From assembly GCA_003427395.1 (NCBI GenBank), contig BFEA01000014.1, positions 1,583,889-1,647,888 on the forward strand: DNA of 64,000 nucleotides, in the 5' to 3' direction. The first letter of the stretch is position 1. Each line of letters begins with the position of its first letter. Source of the DNA: Chara braunii (taxonomy: Eukaryota > Plantae > Charophyceae). Below, one piece after another: positions 52,951 through 64,000 of this stretch. Made by a program: the position numbers and the translations under genes. The notes under the pieces were generated by a model, which did not search any database, was not told where the DNA came from, and saw only the letters and a program-made list of their open reading frames with translations.

Positions 52951-55581
52951 ACTTGCTTTTTCTTTAGTGTGGAAATGCTACTGGACTAGCGACACGACAA
53001 CAGAGATTTGCGGCACAACAGCGGCAGAGTTTCTTTTACAGTGCGGTGTCTGTTTTGTTTGATAAGGTTTTGCTACCAAAGTTGGGGTGTGCGGCGGCGG
53101 CAACGTGACGTGGTGGCAGTTGACGCGCGCGACACTATGAAATTTGTGTGAGGGGTGAATGTTTGTGGCGTAGGACCATCAGGGACCATTTGGGACCATT
53201 TGGGACAGACGCGGGATGAGATGGGACTGTCTTGAAACCAACATTTTTTTTGGGACTCGTGCGATTTGCCGTCATCGAATCAAGGACTACCGCATGTGGG
53301 ACTTGTGAGTCGAGAACAGAGTGGGACAAGCAGTTGGCTTGAGACTTGCCTTGGGACTGCAGTTTTCTTTGGCAACAAGTATATTATTTCTTGGCTTTCT
53401 TGAGGGAGCTAGGGCGCGTTCGGCCCCACTTTACTCAAGGTCAGTCAGTTGATTGACTCAGATTTCCCTTCACACCTGTGTGAACCCACACTTTGCTTGA
53501 CTGTGTTCATTGAATGTTCGTTGAAAAGGTAGAGGAAAGTCGTGCGTATCGTGCATATGAATGGAAAGGTCTGACTTGGGCATGAGATTGTACTGTTTTT
53601 TTTTCTTGAACTTATTGTCTCTGCGTGTTGTCCAGGTAGGTAGAAGGATGCTTGCAAAGGAGATTGATTATGCCTATTTGAGAAAATGGGAAAGGAATGT
53701 CTTCTTGTGACTACTCACCTGCCTGCATACCAAGAAGGGTTGAATGTTTTGAAAAATATCAATTTTGTGCGCATCGTAAAGCGAATTCGAATAAAATAAA
53801 GCAGATAAGGTCAAACGAACGTCGTTTTTCCCCCAAAGGTTGACCAATTCTTTCCTGAATGACTTTTATCTGTCTAAATGTTTGTCACTCTCTATCTTTC
53901 CTAACTATTTTCGTTTGAGTTTCCTTGGGCAAGAGACAAAGGGAACAACTGAAAATCTACTTGTGGTGAACACATTCTCTTTTTTCAGGAAGCATCTGGG
54001 GCGGGGGTTCGTTGCTTTAGGAGTCGGCCCTGTTATCGACCCAGAGTGGACCGTTCAACGGGGGGGTACTTTACCGATTTGGTGGAGACGGGCCAACTTC
54101 TGAGATCTGAGTCTTGTGCTCGGGCGAGGAGGAGTACCCTAGACCACTTCCTAGAGGGAGAGGCATGCAACACCTCAAGCAATGCCCCTGATCAAGAATC
54201 ATCTGCAAAACAGTCGTTATCCAAGAAATTGAGAAACGTATGGAGACAAGTGTGTGCGTGTTTAATCTTAGGTCGGCGGTAGGATGAAATGAATAACTTT
54301 GGCAGCGCATCTCATCAAGTCAAAACTAAGATAGGTCGACTACCTTGTCGGTTGCATTGAAGTTATTGTTGAAAGTCAACTCCCCGTTGGCGGCTGTATG
54401 ATTTTTGTGGAATTCGATCCAGGGTGGTTGAATTTTTATTTTGATGTTGTGTTATTGGATGTATCTAATGTCGATTTAGATTCGTTTGGTTATCATTTCA
54501 TATTGGATTGTTTATGTCGACTACGATCGATTTTTTTTTATAACTAGTAGTGGTTTTTATGATTTTCTTTTTAACTGGTGACCAAAGAGACTAGGATATT
54601 GGGGGTTTCACACTAGGTTGAGACCGTCCTAGTCGACCAGCGCATGCTTCATACTTAGGAAATCAGCGTCCTAAGGAATGAGTGACGTCTGGGTTCAATA
54701 GCTATTTTAATCGCGCGTACCTGTACTACAGCGAACGAGCAAACGCCCTCGAACGACCCACCTCTTCAATTGCATTTAAAAGCTTTCGCACATGGGTCGG
54801 TAGCTCGGTAGGGATACACCCTTAAGGGTGGTGACAACCCCTTAGGGAACCTGTCCTGTCGTAGTGGACCGCAGGATGTACAGCTGGCGCACCCGGCTAG
54901 AGTGGCGAAGGGATGACGCGACCTCGTTCGTCTCGGCGGTCCGCGGGATTAATTATACGTCGTCCCCAGGTTGTCTCTTATGTTAAGTTTTGTTTAAACT
55001 CCTGCGTGACATGAGCGGGAGGACCCTCGCTCGCGGTTGACTCTTATGTTAAGTTTTGTTTAAAGTCCTGCGTGACATGGTCGAGATGGTCCTTGCTCGC
55101 GCGGGGGCCGAAGCGCTCGACACCGCCGCAAATTACCGTTGTTCCTGGTGGAACGACACTCGGGGATGAATGATGTAAAAATTATGCTTTATTTACTTGG
55201 CTAAGAGAAAGGTTAGTAACTTTCACCTCTATAGAGAAAAAGAAGATAATTCCTTCTAGTACTCTATATTCTGGTACATCTGGTACTAACTTTGATCTTG
55301 GACTCGCAAAAAGAGTGTAGCTTCAAAGTCATTTTAATAATGACTTTTAGTTCTAAAAACTGTTATTGTGACTTTCGTTCACAGTAATTTGTAAGGCTTA
55401 TTGATAGATGATTGAACATTTGTGGCATGTTTTCATTGATGAAGCGACATCCGAGTAAGTTATTTTGATGGTTAAGCATAACACTTACAAGTGAGACCTG
55501 AAATTGTTTTAATAGTTGTTAAATTATCAACGAGATAATTCGATCATTAATATAGTTTACGCCTTTTTGCAGGGCGATAAA

Positions 55582-56140
55582 ATGACGGAAGAAACTTTTA
55601 ACGACATGCCTCTCTTCAAAGGAAGCAGGGTCGTTGTAGTTTTACAGGTCTTTCAGGCTTTGGCAACGCTAATGCTTTGGGGAGAAAATCACAAGTTCCT
55701 TTTCATTTTGGGGTTTGTGATTGAAGAATTCAAGGTTGAGGTTTGACATCTTTTACGCGCTTCTGAAACCTGGAATGAGTTCGAGAAATTGATGATTGTC
55801 AAATTTTCGAAACCGCCCGAAGGAGAGAAAAAGGAAGAAAGCAAAAGTCATCATCATGAAAATATGACTGAAATAACTCGGCTTGTAGAATAAAGAGATG
55901 TGGAAAGGGAAAGTCTGCCGAGAGTAGACGTCCCTCTCTTCAACGGTAATTATGTTTCTACTTTCCTTGAAAAGTTTCAGCAGCTTGCATCCATCAACAA
56001 TTGGGATGAGCCCCAGATGTTGAAAATGATTCTTAGATATGCCGAAAAAAAATTTGTAAACGTAATCCTACAAATAACTGAAACATAAAAAACATGGTCT
56101 GATTTCCGATATGTCATGTTAGAGAAGTTTTGGCTGCGAG
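55582..56140 (+). pseudogene. Degenerate Gypsy gag-like region with two tandem capsid N-terminal-like units
   Basis: In one frame: MPLFKG..V..LQVFQALA..MLW...TWNEFEKLMIVKF, then VPLFNGNYVSTFLEKFQQLASINNW...TWSDFRYVMLEKF, with in-frame stops. Confidence 0.7.
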
Positions 56141-57356
56141 ATTGAGGATTTAAAGAAAGTCAAGTGAGACGCGTAGGTGATAAAAAAAAAGTTCATGGTT
56201 GAGTTTGAACGGACTGCTCGTCGGATACAAGGGCTAACAGAAAAATAAAGGTGTCTCATCTTTCTTGCAATTTTTTTTTAGGGAGAACAATATAAACTTA
56301 TCCATGAGGTAGACGGTAAATCTGAATGGGAAAGGATTCGTTTAAATTTTAGTAATGAAAACGTAATCAGGTTCTTCGTACGCAGCTTTGCTTGCGAAAC
56401 TGTGGGAGAGAGTGTCAGGTTAACAAACGAAAGACAGATTCAAATTCCGTGAAGAATCTCTCAAAAATTAGAGAGATGTTGAAAGAGATAGAGGACGATT
56501 CTCATCGTGAATATCGGAAAGCAAGGATAGAACAACCTTTAGATAATCCATGAGAGAAAGATAGGAGAAGTAAGGAGAATCGTTTAGATAGTTTTTTAAC
56601 GACAACTGCTCAAAGAGTAGAACATTGCGAGTCCGCGTCTCGAAATCAACGAGACCAGCGAGTGAAGAAAGAAAGATTCTATTGGAAAAATATTATCTGT
56701 AAGAGATGTGGTAATATCAGACACACTCTGAGTAGATGCAAGGGATTGACGGTTACAGAAAAATAGATTGTTAAACATTTTAATTTCATTTTTCGAGTTC
56801 ACCATGAACTCGAAATATTCTTTTGTGAGATTAATAATGTTAACTTAATGTTGATATTTTTCTTTTATGAGATAAGGATTCTATCTGATTTGACATATCA
56901 TTTTATCCACGTTACTATCCCTTGAAGAACAGTCTGTTCTCCTTATTGCTGAAGAATATATGATATGGATCATTATGAAATTCCATGTGAAAATATGCAT
57001 CGTGAAATGTTTTGTTGTTGTGAGTATTTGGTTGAATGTAAGTTAAGAAATTGTGAATTTGTAGGTAGACGACTACGGTTGTTACTAGGGGAGAAGTGAC
57101 TGCCTCTCCTCGTGTCAGGCATAGTCACCGTACCTCTATAATTAGGGTCTAACCAACCTTGGCTGTAAAAGGTAAGTTTTTTTCTACTCTACATGTGACA
57201 GATTGATGAATGAAAGCATTGAAATTTGGATGGAATGTGAGTAAGTTTGCATTGCAAGCAAGATATGGTTGCGAATGGATCTCATTTATTTTAGAATGAG
57301 TATTATGGAATGTTATGACGATTGCTGAGGAATGATTATTGAAAAGTGGATTGACT

Positions 57357-57985
57357 CCCATCAGCAGACTGGGGAGTGACTTCCATCAGCAACTGGGGAC
57401 TTGTTCCAATCAGTAGACTAGGAGGTTATTCCCATCAGCAACTGGGGATTCATTCTCATACTTATGGAATGAAAGACCGACAGGGGGTTAAGCCTGTGAA
57501 AGACTCCGGACTAACTCCCATCAGCAGACTGGGGAGTGACTTCCATCAGCAACTGGGGACTTGTTCCCATCAATAGACTGGGAGGTCATTCCCATCAGCA
57601 GCTGGGGAGTCATTTCCATATTGATGGAATGAAAGACCCGCAGGGGGTTAAGCCTATGAAAGACCTATTAGAGGATGGTCTCACACCTCGATTTCATCAG
57701 TGGACTGGGGAGTGGTTCTCATCAGCAGACTGGGGAGTGACTTTCATCAGCAACTGGGAACTTATTTCGATCAGTAGACTGGGAGGTCATTCCCATCAGC
57801 AACTGGGGAATCATTCTCATCAGAAAGCTAGAAAGTAATCCCCATCAGTACACTGTGGATTGGTTCCCATCAATAAATTGGGGAGTGACTTCCATCAGCA
57901 ACTAGGGACTTGTTCCCATCAGTGGACTGAGAGGTTATTCCCATCAGCAACTTGGGAATCATTCCTATCAGTAGACCGGGGAATA
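57357..57985 (+). repeat. 24-25-bp tandem array in the internal 3' region of the LTR element
   Basis: CCATCAGCA(GA/A)CTGGG(G)A.. repeated ~20 times, with a higher-order ~160-bp duplication. Confidence 0.9.
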
Positions 57986-59626
57986 GTTCTCTGACAAAGA
58001 ACCTGTCTTAGTCAGAACGTTTGAAAAATTGGTTGAGTTGTGATGTGACTGTTTTCTTTTGAAAGACCTGCAGCGGGATGATCCTGTGAAAGGACCTGCA
58101 GGGGCATGATCCTGTTAAGAGACCTATAGGGGAACGATCCTGTCGAATGAGTAAATTGTAAGACTTCTGGAGATTAAATCCAGTTTTATTGTTGAATGTG
58201 GATGTGAGAATTCTCATTATGTTCCGGATGTTTGTTGAATTGTTATGTATGGTAACTGCTGCTTTCACATGGGAATTTCGTAAGAATCCTAATTTCTATT
58301 TAGATAGGGAACGACGGAGAGTGTCGTTCCTTGAATGTTGGTAAAGACTCTCCGGCTTCATTCCGGATGGTTGCTTGATTGATTATACGAAGTATCTATT
58401 AAAATATTATGAAGTTTCTATTATTATCTTGATGAAGAGCAATGGGAATGTCGCTCGGTAAGACCATTCATAAGTGATGAAGTTTAAACTACCGAAGGAA
58501 TGACTCTGATCTTGGTATAAGCTTCAACCTAATTGTGATTGAGATAATTTTTTTATAAAAGAGTTCCATAAGAATCCAGACAAACCTATATTAATTGTTA
58601 ATATAGGATGAATGACGTGAAAGTCATTCAATGGGGTCGGGGAATGCTGTCGGGGATTTGACAGGGTATTTGCCGGGGATTTTAAATGTCAGACGTTGTC
58701 CGACTTTTCGTTAGATTAAAAAATTTAATGAGACTGAAGTCTGCCAAAAGTTTATTCAGACCTGACTCATGACTGAGAAACTAAAAGTTTTCAAGCTTTT
58801 GTCCGAACGCATGTAGCGTCCGAGAATAACGGATGTGAATGACAATGTCTTTTTATTTTTTTTAACTGCAGAAGAGCACGGACGTGGGAACGCTAAGGCT
58901 AGACCTATTCTACCTAAAATAATATCGCGCGGCTTAGCAACCGCGCGGTTCAAGGCCTAAGCGGGCTAAAAAGAGGGATGCGCCGGGTATGGGGTCACGG
59001 CGCAAGAGGAATAGCAAGGTTTTGTTTCTGGGCCGCCGGGTTGATCTCGAGCCAGGGTGGCCCCAGAGCTGTGGCTAGGCAGCCATCCACGGGGAAGCGG
59101 CAGGCAGGCAGAGCCTGCTAGGCCACCGGCCGGCAAGGCCTGTTATACCTCAGACAGGCGGGGCCTACTAGTTCACAGGCAGGGTGGGCCTCCGAAGCAT
59201 AGGCAGGCAGGGGCTGCAAAGCCCCGATAGTGAGGAATAGAGAATGGGCAGCTCTTCAGAGTCGCTCCTATCACTATCGTGATACTATCACTATATCGTG
59301 ATAGGAGCTAGCCCAGTAGGCCACGGTACAGGATTGTCACCCGGCAGATACCGGGATCGAATCGGAGGAACCACACCTCTGGGCATAGCTCCTTTCTGGA
59401 GCAACCTAGTTTTTCGAGCGAGGCCGTTTCCGGCCGTGCGATCGATAAGATCGAGCGGCTGGAAATAGCCGCGCAGAGATTAGCATGGCCCCTGCGCAAG
59501 GATGACAAGTATAAATCGAATAATAAATAAATAAATAAAAAGTAAACAGCGCCACATGGCGCCCCGAAGATGTGCCTGAGGGCACATAATGAGTAACCGT
59601 TGGCATACGCCAACAGTTTTATTATT

Positions 59627-59657
<31 letters not shown>

Positions 59658-59991
59658 CGACATGCTACAGGTGGAGCGCCAGATGGCGCGACGAGACGTG
59701 ATGGGGACTTGAAGTCCCCAGAAGGAGTTGTAGGCGCCCGTTTGCACGGGCATCCTTGCAAGTAAGTGCAGTTGTTTTTTCTTTTTTTTCCTTAGATTCG
59801 TTTTAATTTTTTTTTTTTATAGATTTCGGTAGATTTTTTTTTTTCCCCTCCCTCTTCGACCATGCACCTGCGCCCGTTTAGTTTTTCAAGCGGGCAGCAA
59901 AACATTGAGGTGCCCTAACCAGGCACCTATTGCGCTCGGGTACAGACACTCAAGAGAGAGAGGGAAAAAAGAGGAAGGAATGACTGTGCCA

Positions 59992-60045
59992 GACTGTTTC
60001 GTCGGGTTTGTACCGACTCATCACGGGGTTGCAACCCCGACAGTC
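59992..60045 (-). ncRNA. Type III hammerhead ribozyme motif in the 3' LTR (C3G variant)
   Basis: GACUG-UC | GGGG-uugcaa-CCCC | GUGAUGA | GUCGG-uacaaac-CCGAC | GAAA | CAGUC. All stems pair perfectly. Confidence 0.82.
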
Positions 60046-60084
60046 AGTCACTGCAACTGAACATGGCACTGAAGGCAGCTAGGT

Positions 60085-60086
<2 letters not shown>

Positions 60087-60173
<87 letters not shown>

Positions 60174-60174
60174 N

Positions 60175-60269
<95 letters not shown>
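60087..60269. repeat. (AG)n microsatellite; inferred inversion breakpoint
   Basis: Direct sequence; contains an N. Confidence 0.95.
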
Positions 60270-60566
60270 CATTCCTTTGTTTTTGTGAATGTGGGTGTGT
60301 GAGTGTGTGTGAGTGTGAGTGTGAGTGAGTGCGAGAGTGTGTATGAGGGTGCATGCACGAGACACTTTGGTGAGTGAGGATGTGTAAGGGAAAAAGGAGG
60401 AACGAGAAAATCCTCAAACTCGCAGCGGCCATCATGGTACTTCCATTGATAAGATGAGTAAACATCGTATGAATCTACTGCGAGATCATGGAAATCTACA
60501 CAACTATGTAATTGTGTGTGTTTGTGTGTGTGAGTGTGTACGATTTTGTGCGTGCGTCTGTGTGTT

Positions 60567-60602
<36 letters not shown>

Positions 60603-61769
60603 TGAGAGAGAGAGAGAGAGATAAAGATAGAGAGAGATCGGGCGAACGCACACACAGAGAGTGCGAGAGAGAGAGAGACGAGGGGGAGATCGACTTTCTT
60701 TATTTGAATAGAACCCGACTGGCATTGTGGCTCGGTACGGTGCAAGAGGAGGTGGTACACAAAAAGAGGAAGGTGATTGCGTCGAAGAGGAGAAGGCGCA
60801 AGAAGAAGAAGAAGAAGAAGAAGAAGAAGACGAAGAAGAAGAAGAAGAAGAAGAAGAAGAAGAAGAAGAAGAAGAAGAAGCAAAAGGGGAGGAGACGAAC
60901 GAGCCGGGCAGATACATACAACTGTTGATAAAGATCGTGACTTGTGAAAAGGAGGCGGCATTTAGTAAGGGAGGGGAAAACGAACGAGAGTAAACAGGAA
61001 GAAGTAGACATCCATACGGGAATAAGAATGTGGAAGGAGTGGGACGGGGACGGAAAAACAAAGCGGAAGGAGCAGGCAGCCATAGCTGAGCTGCGCTACT
61101 GTGTGTTGGATGGGGCGCATGGTGGTTCTTGGGTGCACGTGGCATCTGTGAGTTGGGGATCGAGGATGTGAGTTATACGAGAGACATACTTGGTGCTTGA
61201 GGCGAACGACATTGGCCGAGATCTGCTCGTACTTCGGGAAGTTGTTGACATCATGAGCGGCATTGTAGATAGGCTAGATAGGATCTGCTATTTGTAGTCT
61301 GGGCGCCGAGAGCCTGACAGGATGTCGACATTGGTTCCTTGTTGATGATGATGAGACTATTCGATCATTGTCACTTATGAGTTTTTGTTGTGCTCTTATT
61401 TGGTGGGACTCGTGATGCAATTCTGCTTGTGGTTCGAGGTTACGACTATCTGGTCTCATGTGTATGATGCTGCTTGGTTTCTGAAGTTCGCTATCGCTTA
61501 TTTTCCTTGCATTATCATCATTATTATTATTATTATTATTATAATAATAATAATAATAATTATTATTATAATTATTATATTATTATTATTAATATTAGTG
61601 TTAGTTTTGTTATTTTAGCATTGTAATGAACCCGGACCGGAAATACTAGTCAAACATCGTAGTACTAGTAGACTTAGATTTGCACCGTGTCTCCGGTAAT
61701 TGTGAAAGTGATATCTGATACAATGTCTCGTTACCAGTAGACGAAGAGAGTGGAGGGGGAGAATACAGA

Positions 61770-62010
61770 TGGCCTGCGCCACAGCAACAATGTAGACATA
61801 TGGTATGCACCACAACAACAATGTAGACAGCGTGGCCAAGGCCACGTCAGCTGTAGAGATAAGTGGCATGCGCCATATCAGCATGAAGACATGTGGCAAC
61901 CCCACATTAGCAATGTAGATCAGTGACATGCGCCACATCAACAATGTAGATCAGTGGCATGCACCACATCAGCAGGGAAGACCGGTGGTTGCGCCACATC
62001 AGCAATGCCT
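61770..62010. repeat. Degenerate ~30-38-bp minisatellite
   Basis: GCGCCACATCAGCAATGTAGATCAGTGGCAT-like units, ~7 copies. Confidence 0.75.
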
Positions 62011-63868
62011 GGTGCACATAATAGACAACACCAGCATGCTGTCACAGTCCCGTGTCGTCATCCACAGTACCAGCGCACAACCAGCGTCAAGCTAGCGTCA
62101 AGGCAGCATAGCAAGAGTGAATGATGACCACCTGGTGACCAAGCCTTATGTAGCATTTGACGAGGCTGTCTGGTCTCAAGTCCGTCTCCCACAGTCGCAC
62201 AGATTGACTCACAACCGAGGGCCTGGGTTGTGTACAGCTGCAGACTTCCGCTTGGACTTGATGTTGTTCGAGTACCTGCATACAAACAGACGAAGGGACA
62301 CAGACAGACAAAACAGACAGACCAACAGACACAAATAGACTCGAAAAAAAAAAAAAAAAAACACAGACAGACACGGACGAACAAACATGCAGACACGGAC
62401 ATACAGACAGATAAACAGACACTGACAAACACGGAGGAACAAACATGCATACACGGACATACAGACAGACAAACAGACAGAGACAAACATACAAAGACAA
62501 ATAGATAGACATAAGGAGAGACGAGGTGGACGTTGAGAGGAAGAAGAAGATAGCGACCGACGGGGGCTGGGACAAAGCAAATGAAGCTTACGTGTTACCT
62601 GATTATGGCCGCTATGGCTGCCTTCCCCTTACAACTAGCAACACCTGCGGCTATGGCTGTGTCTTCTTTCCTCTCAACCCACCTACGGGCGCCTGCAAAC
62701 CTCCGTATCAAAAGAGGCGCAGACAGCGCTTCTGCACCTCTCACAGGCAGAGTGAATGAATGGTTGGACGCTGCCTCTTGATTTATATTTTTGCTGGTCA
62801 CTGGTTTGCTCCTTTCCAGTGGGCTCCTGGTGCACATAGTTCCGCATGGTACCTGCTGACTGGACAAAGTGCGACCACGACAGGGTACCGCAGACCGGAC
62901 TGTGTAGGACTGCCATTTGACCACTTGCCTATGGACTGCATCCTGGGCCTCACCTTGGGCTCCTCCAGAAGAAGCAGCAGCGTCAGGCTGCAAAACCCGG
63001 GATGTGGGTTGTCGCGCCTTGGACACACGCATTGTGAGGCCGGCACCTCATTAAGTAGCCACGGACGACTGGGAATGCGACATTGTCGCCACATCCGCCC
63101 CGCGGGCCAAATGCAAAACACAATAAACAATCAAAGTCTGGGTAATCGGGTGTGCCCAACTGTGAAGGACCCAGACCCTCAATTGTTGAAACGAGCCTGT
63201 GCGCAAACGCTGGGACCCGGCCAGAAGCTACTAGGGACTTCCATGGCCAGGCCCAGACAGTCCAACGACAACAACACCTCCAATATAGGGAAGAGGTTAG
63301 CCGGTCCAGGGCATTTTGGCCTAGACAGGCAATGCGGACACGCTGCTGCAAATGCGCTCAAGTGTTTGCATACCCTATTGCAGGCTGGGGTTGCTCGTAG
63401 ACACTAAGTAGTGTGGCGCACAACAGGATAGCAGAGCGCTAGCGACCATAGCCGGATTGCAGGGTGCGAGGGGGTGATGAGCGGTGATGTTCTTGAGGAA
63501 GGAGGTGCAGTGTGAATGAAGAAGGGCGATGAGGGGAGACAAAGAAACATAACTGGTATATGCTAACAGTCTCCATAGATGGTGACGTCACATACATCGG
63601 TCTTCAACTTCGATGTGATTCGTTGCATGAATGTAGATAGGCTATATACACTAAATCACGGGCTGGACGCTGGGCGCTAGAGAGAAGAGTGACATTGTAT
63701 ACGTTGCTTATGATGGTGAGTTGGGGATGAGCATGAGAGTTCATGGCATAGCTCTTATTTGACCTTGTGCACATCGCTTCTTGCTTGGTACACAAATATC
63801 TGGTCTACAAAGTGATATTACAAGTTGTTTTTTTGTCCATCACTCGACCACTTTCTTTGTATTGTTAC

Positions 63869-63922
<54 letters not shown>

Positions 63923-63942
63923 CATTATTATTATTATTATTA

Positions 63943-64000
63943 CAAGTGGACCCCGCCACGGCCACGACGTGGCGCACAGCAACACTCGCTGATGGCGGTT
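63943..64000 (-). mobile_element. Probable Helitron 3' terminus (element extends beyond the window)
   Basis: Hairpin CGCCACG-n7-CGTGGCG (63954-63974), followed on the minus strand by 7 nt and CTTG|T (CTRR variant), next to (ATT)n. Confidence 0.5.

Larger units (their letters stand above)
50009..60087 (+). mobile_element. Non-autonomous LTR retrotransposon (LARD-like): 5' LTR 50009-55122, internal region 55123-58647, proximal 3' LTR 58648-60087
   Basis: Direct repeat of ~50026-51421 at ~58659-60087. TGTCGAG...CTCGACA termini, purine-rich tract before the TG at 58648, gag-like remnant, no pol. 4-bp TSD CCGT shared with 24390-24393 (reverse complement). Confidence 0.8.

Noticed and set aside
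57357-57985. CRISPR-like repeat array
   Set aside because: Head-to-tail degenerate units without unique spacers, no cas genes, and located inside a retroelement.
58648-60042. 1.4-kb LTR bounded by TGTCGGGG...CCCCGACA
   Set aside because: Homology between copies continues past CCCCGACA to the (AG)n, and the TSD is only recovered with the ~5-kb LTR. CCCCGACA is the hammerhead stem I/III junction.
62060-63400. Decayed hAT transposase exons (LVTRWSS..AML-like motif on the minus strand)
   Set aside because: Only one short motif amid stops and frameshifts; insufficient without a profile search.

Overview
Repeat-dense eukaryotic nuclear DNA, most consistent with a charophyte alga such as Chara (inferred from the organellar fragments and TE content). 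The only intact host gene is an intronless ABCA half-size ABC transporter (9568-12714, minus strand). The rest comprises: a mito/plastid mosaic (nad1, nad4, petA, probably matK) at the left edge; two L1/Tx1-type LINEs; tRNA-derived SINEs; several non-autonomous TIR elements (mostly hAT-type, 8-bp TSD); Ty3/Gypsy remnants; a non-autonomous LTR element with ~5-kb LTRs; and satellites. Main observations: (1) three type III hammerhead-ribozyme motifs, each with a different core mutation, so their consensus is canonical; two lie in the LTRs of the large element and one heads a (TA)n-terminated dispersed repeat. (2) The ~32-kb segment between the (CT)n at ~28.0 kb and the (AG)n at ~60.1 kb appears inverted; reversing it restores a LINE TSD, an LTR TSD, the LINE ORF1 and a satellite orientation. 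(3) Two Nextera mate-pair junction adapters show local assembly contamination.
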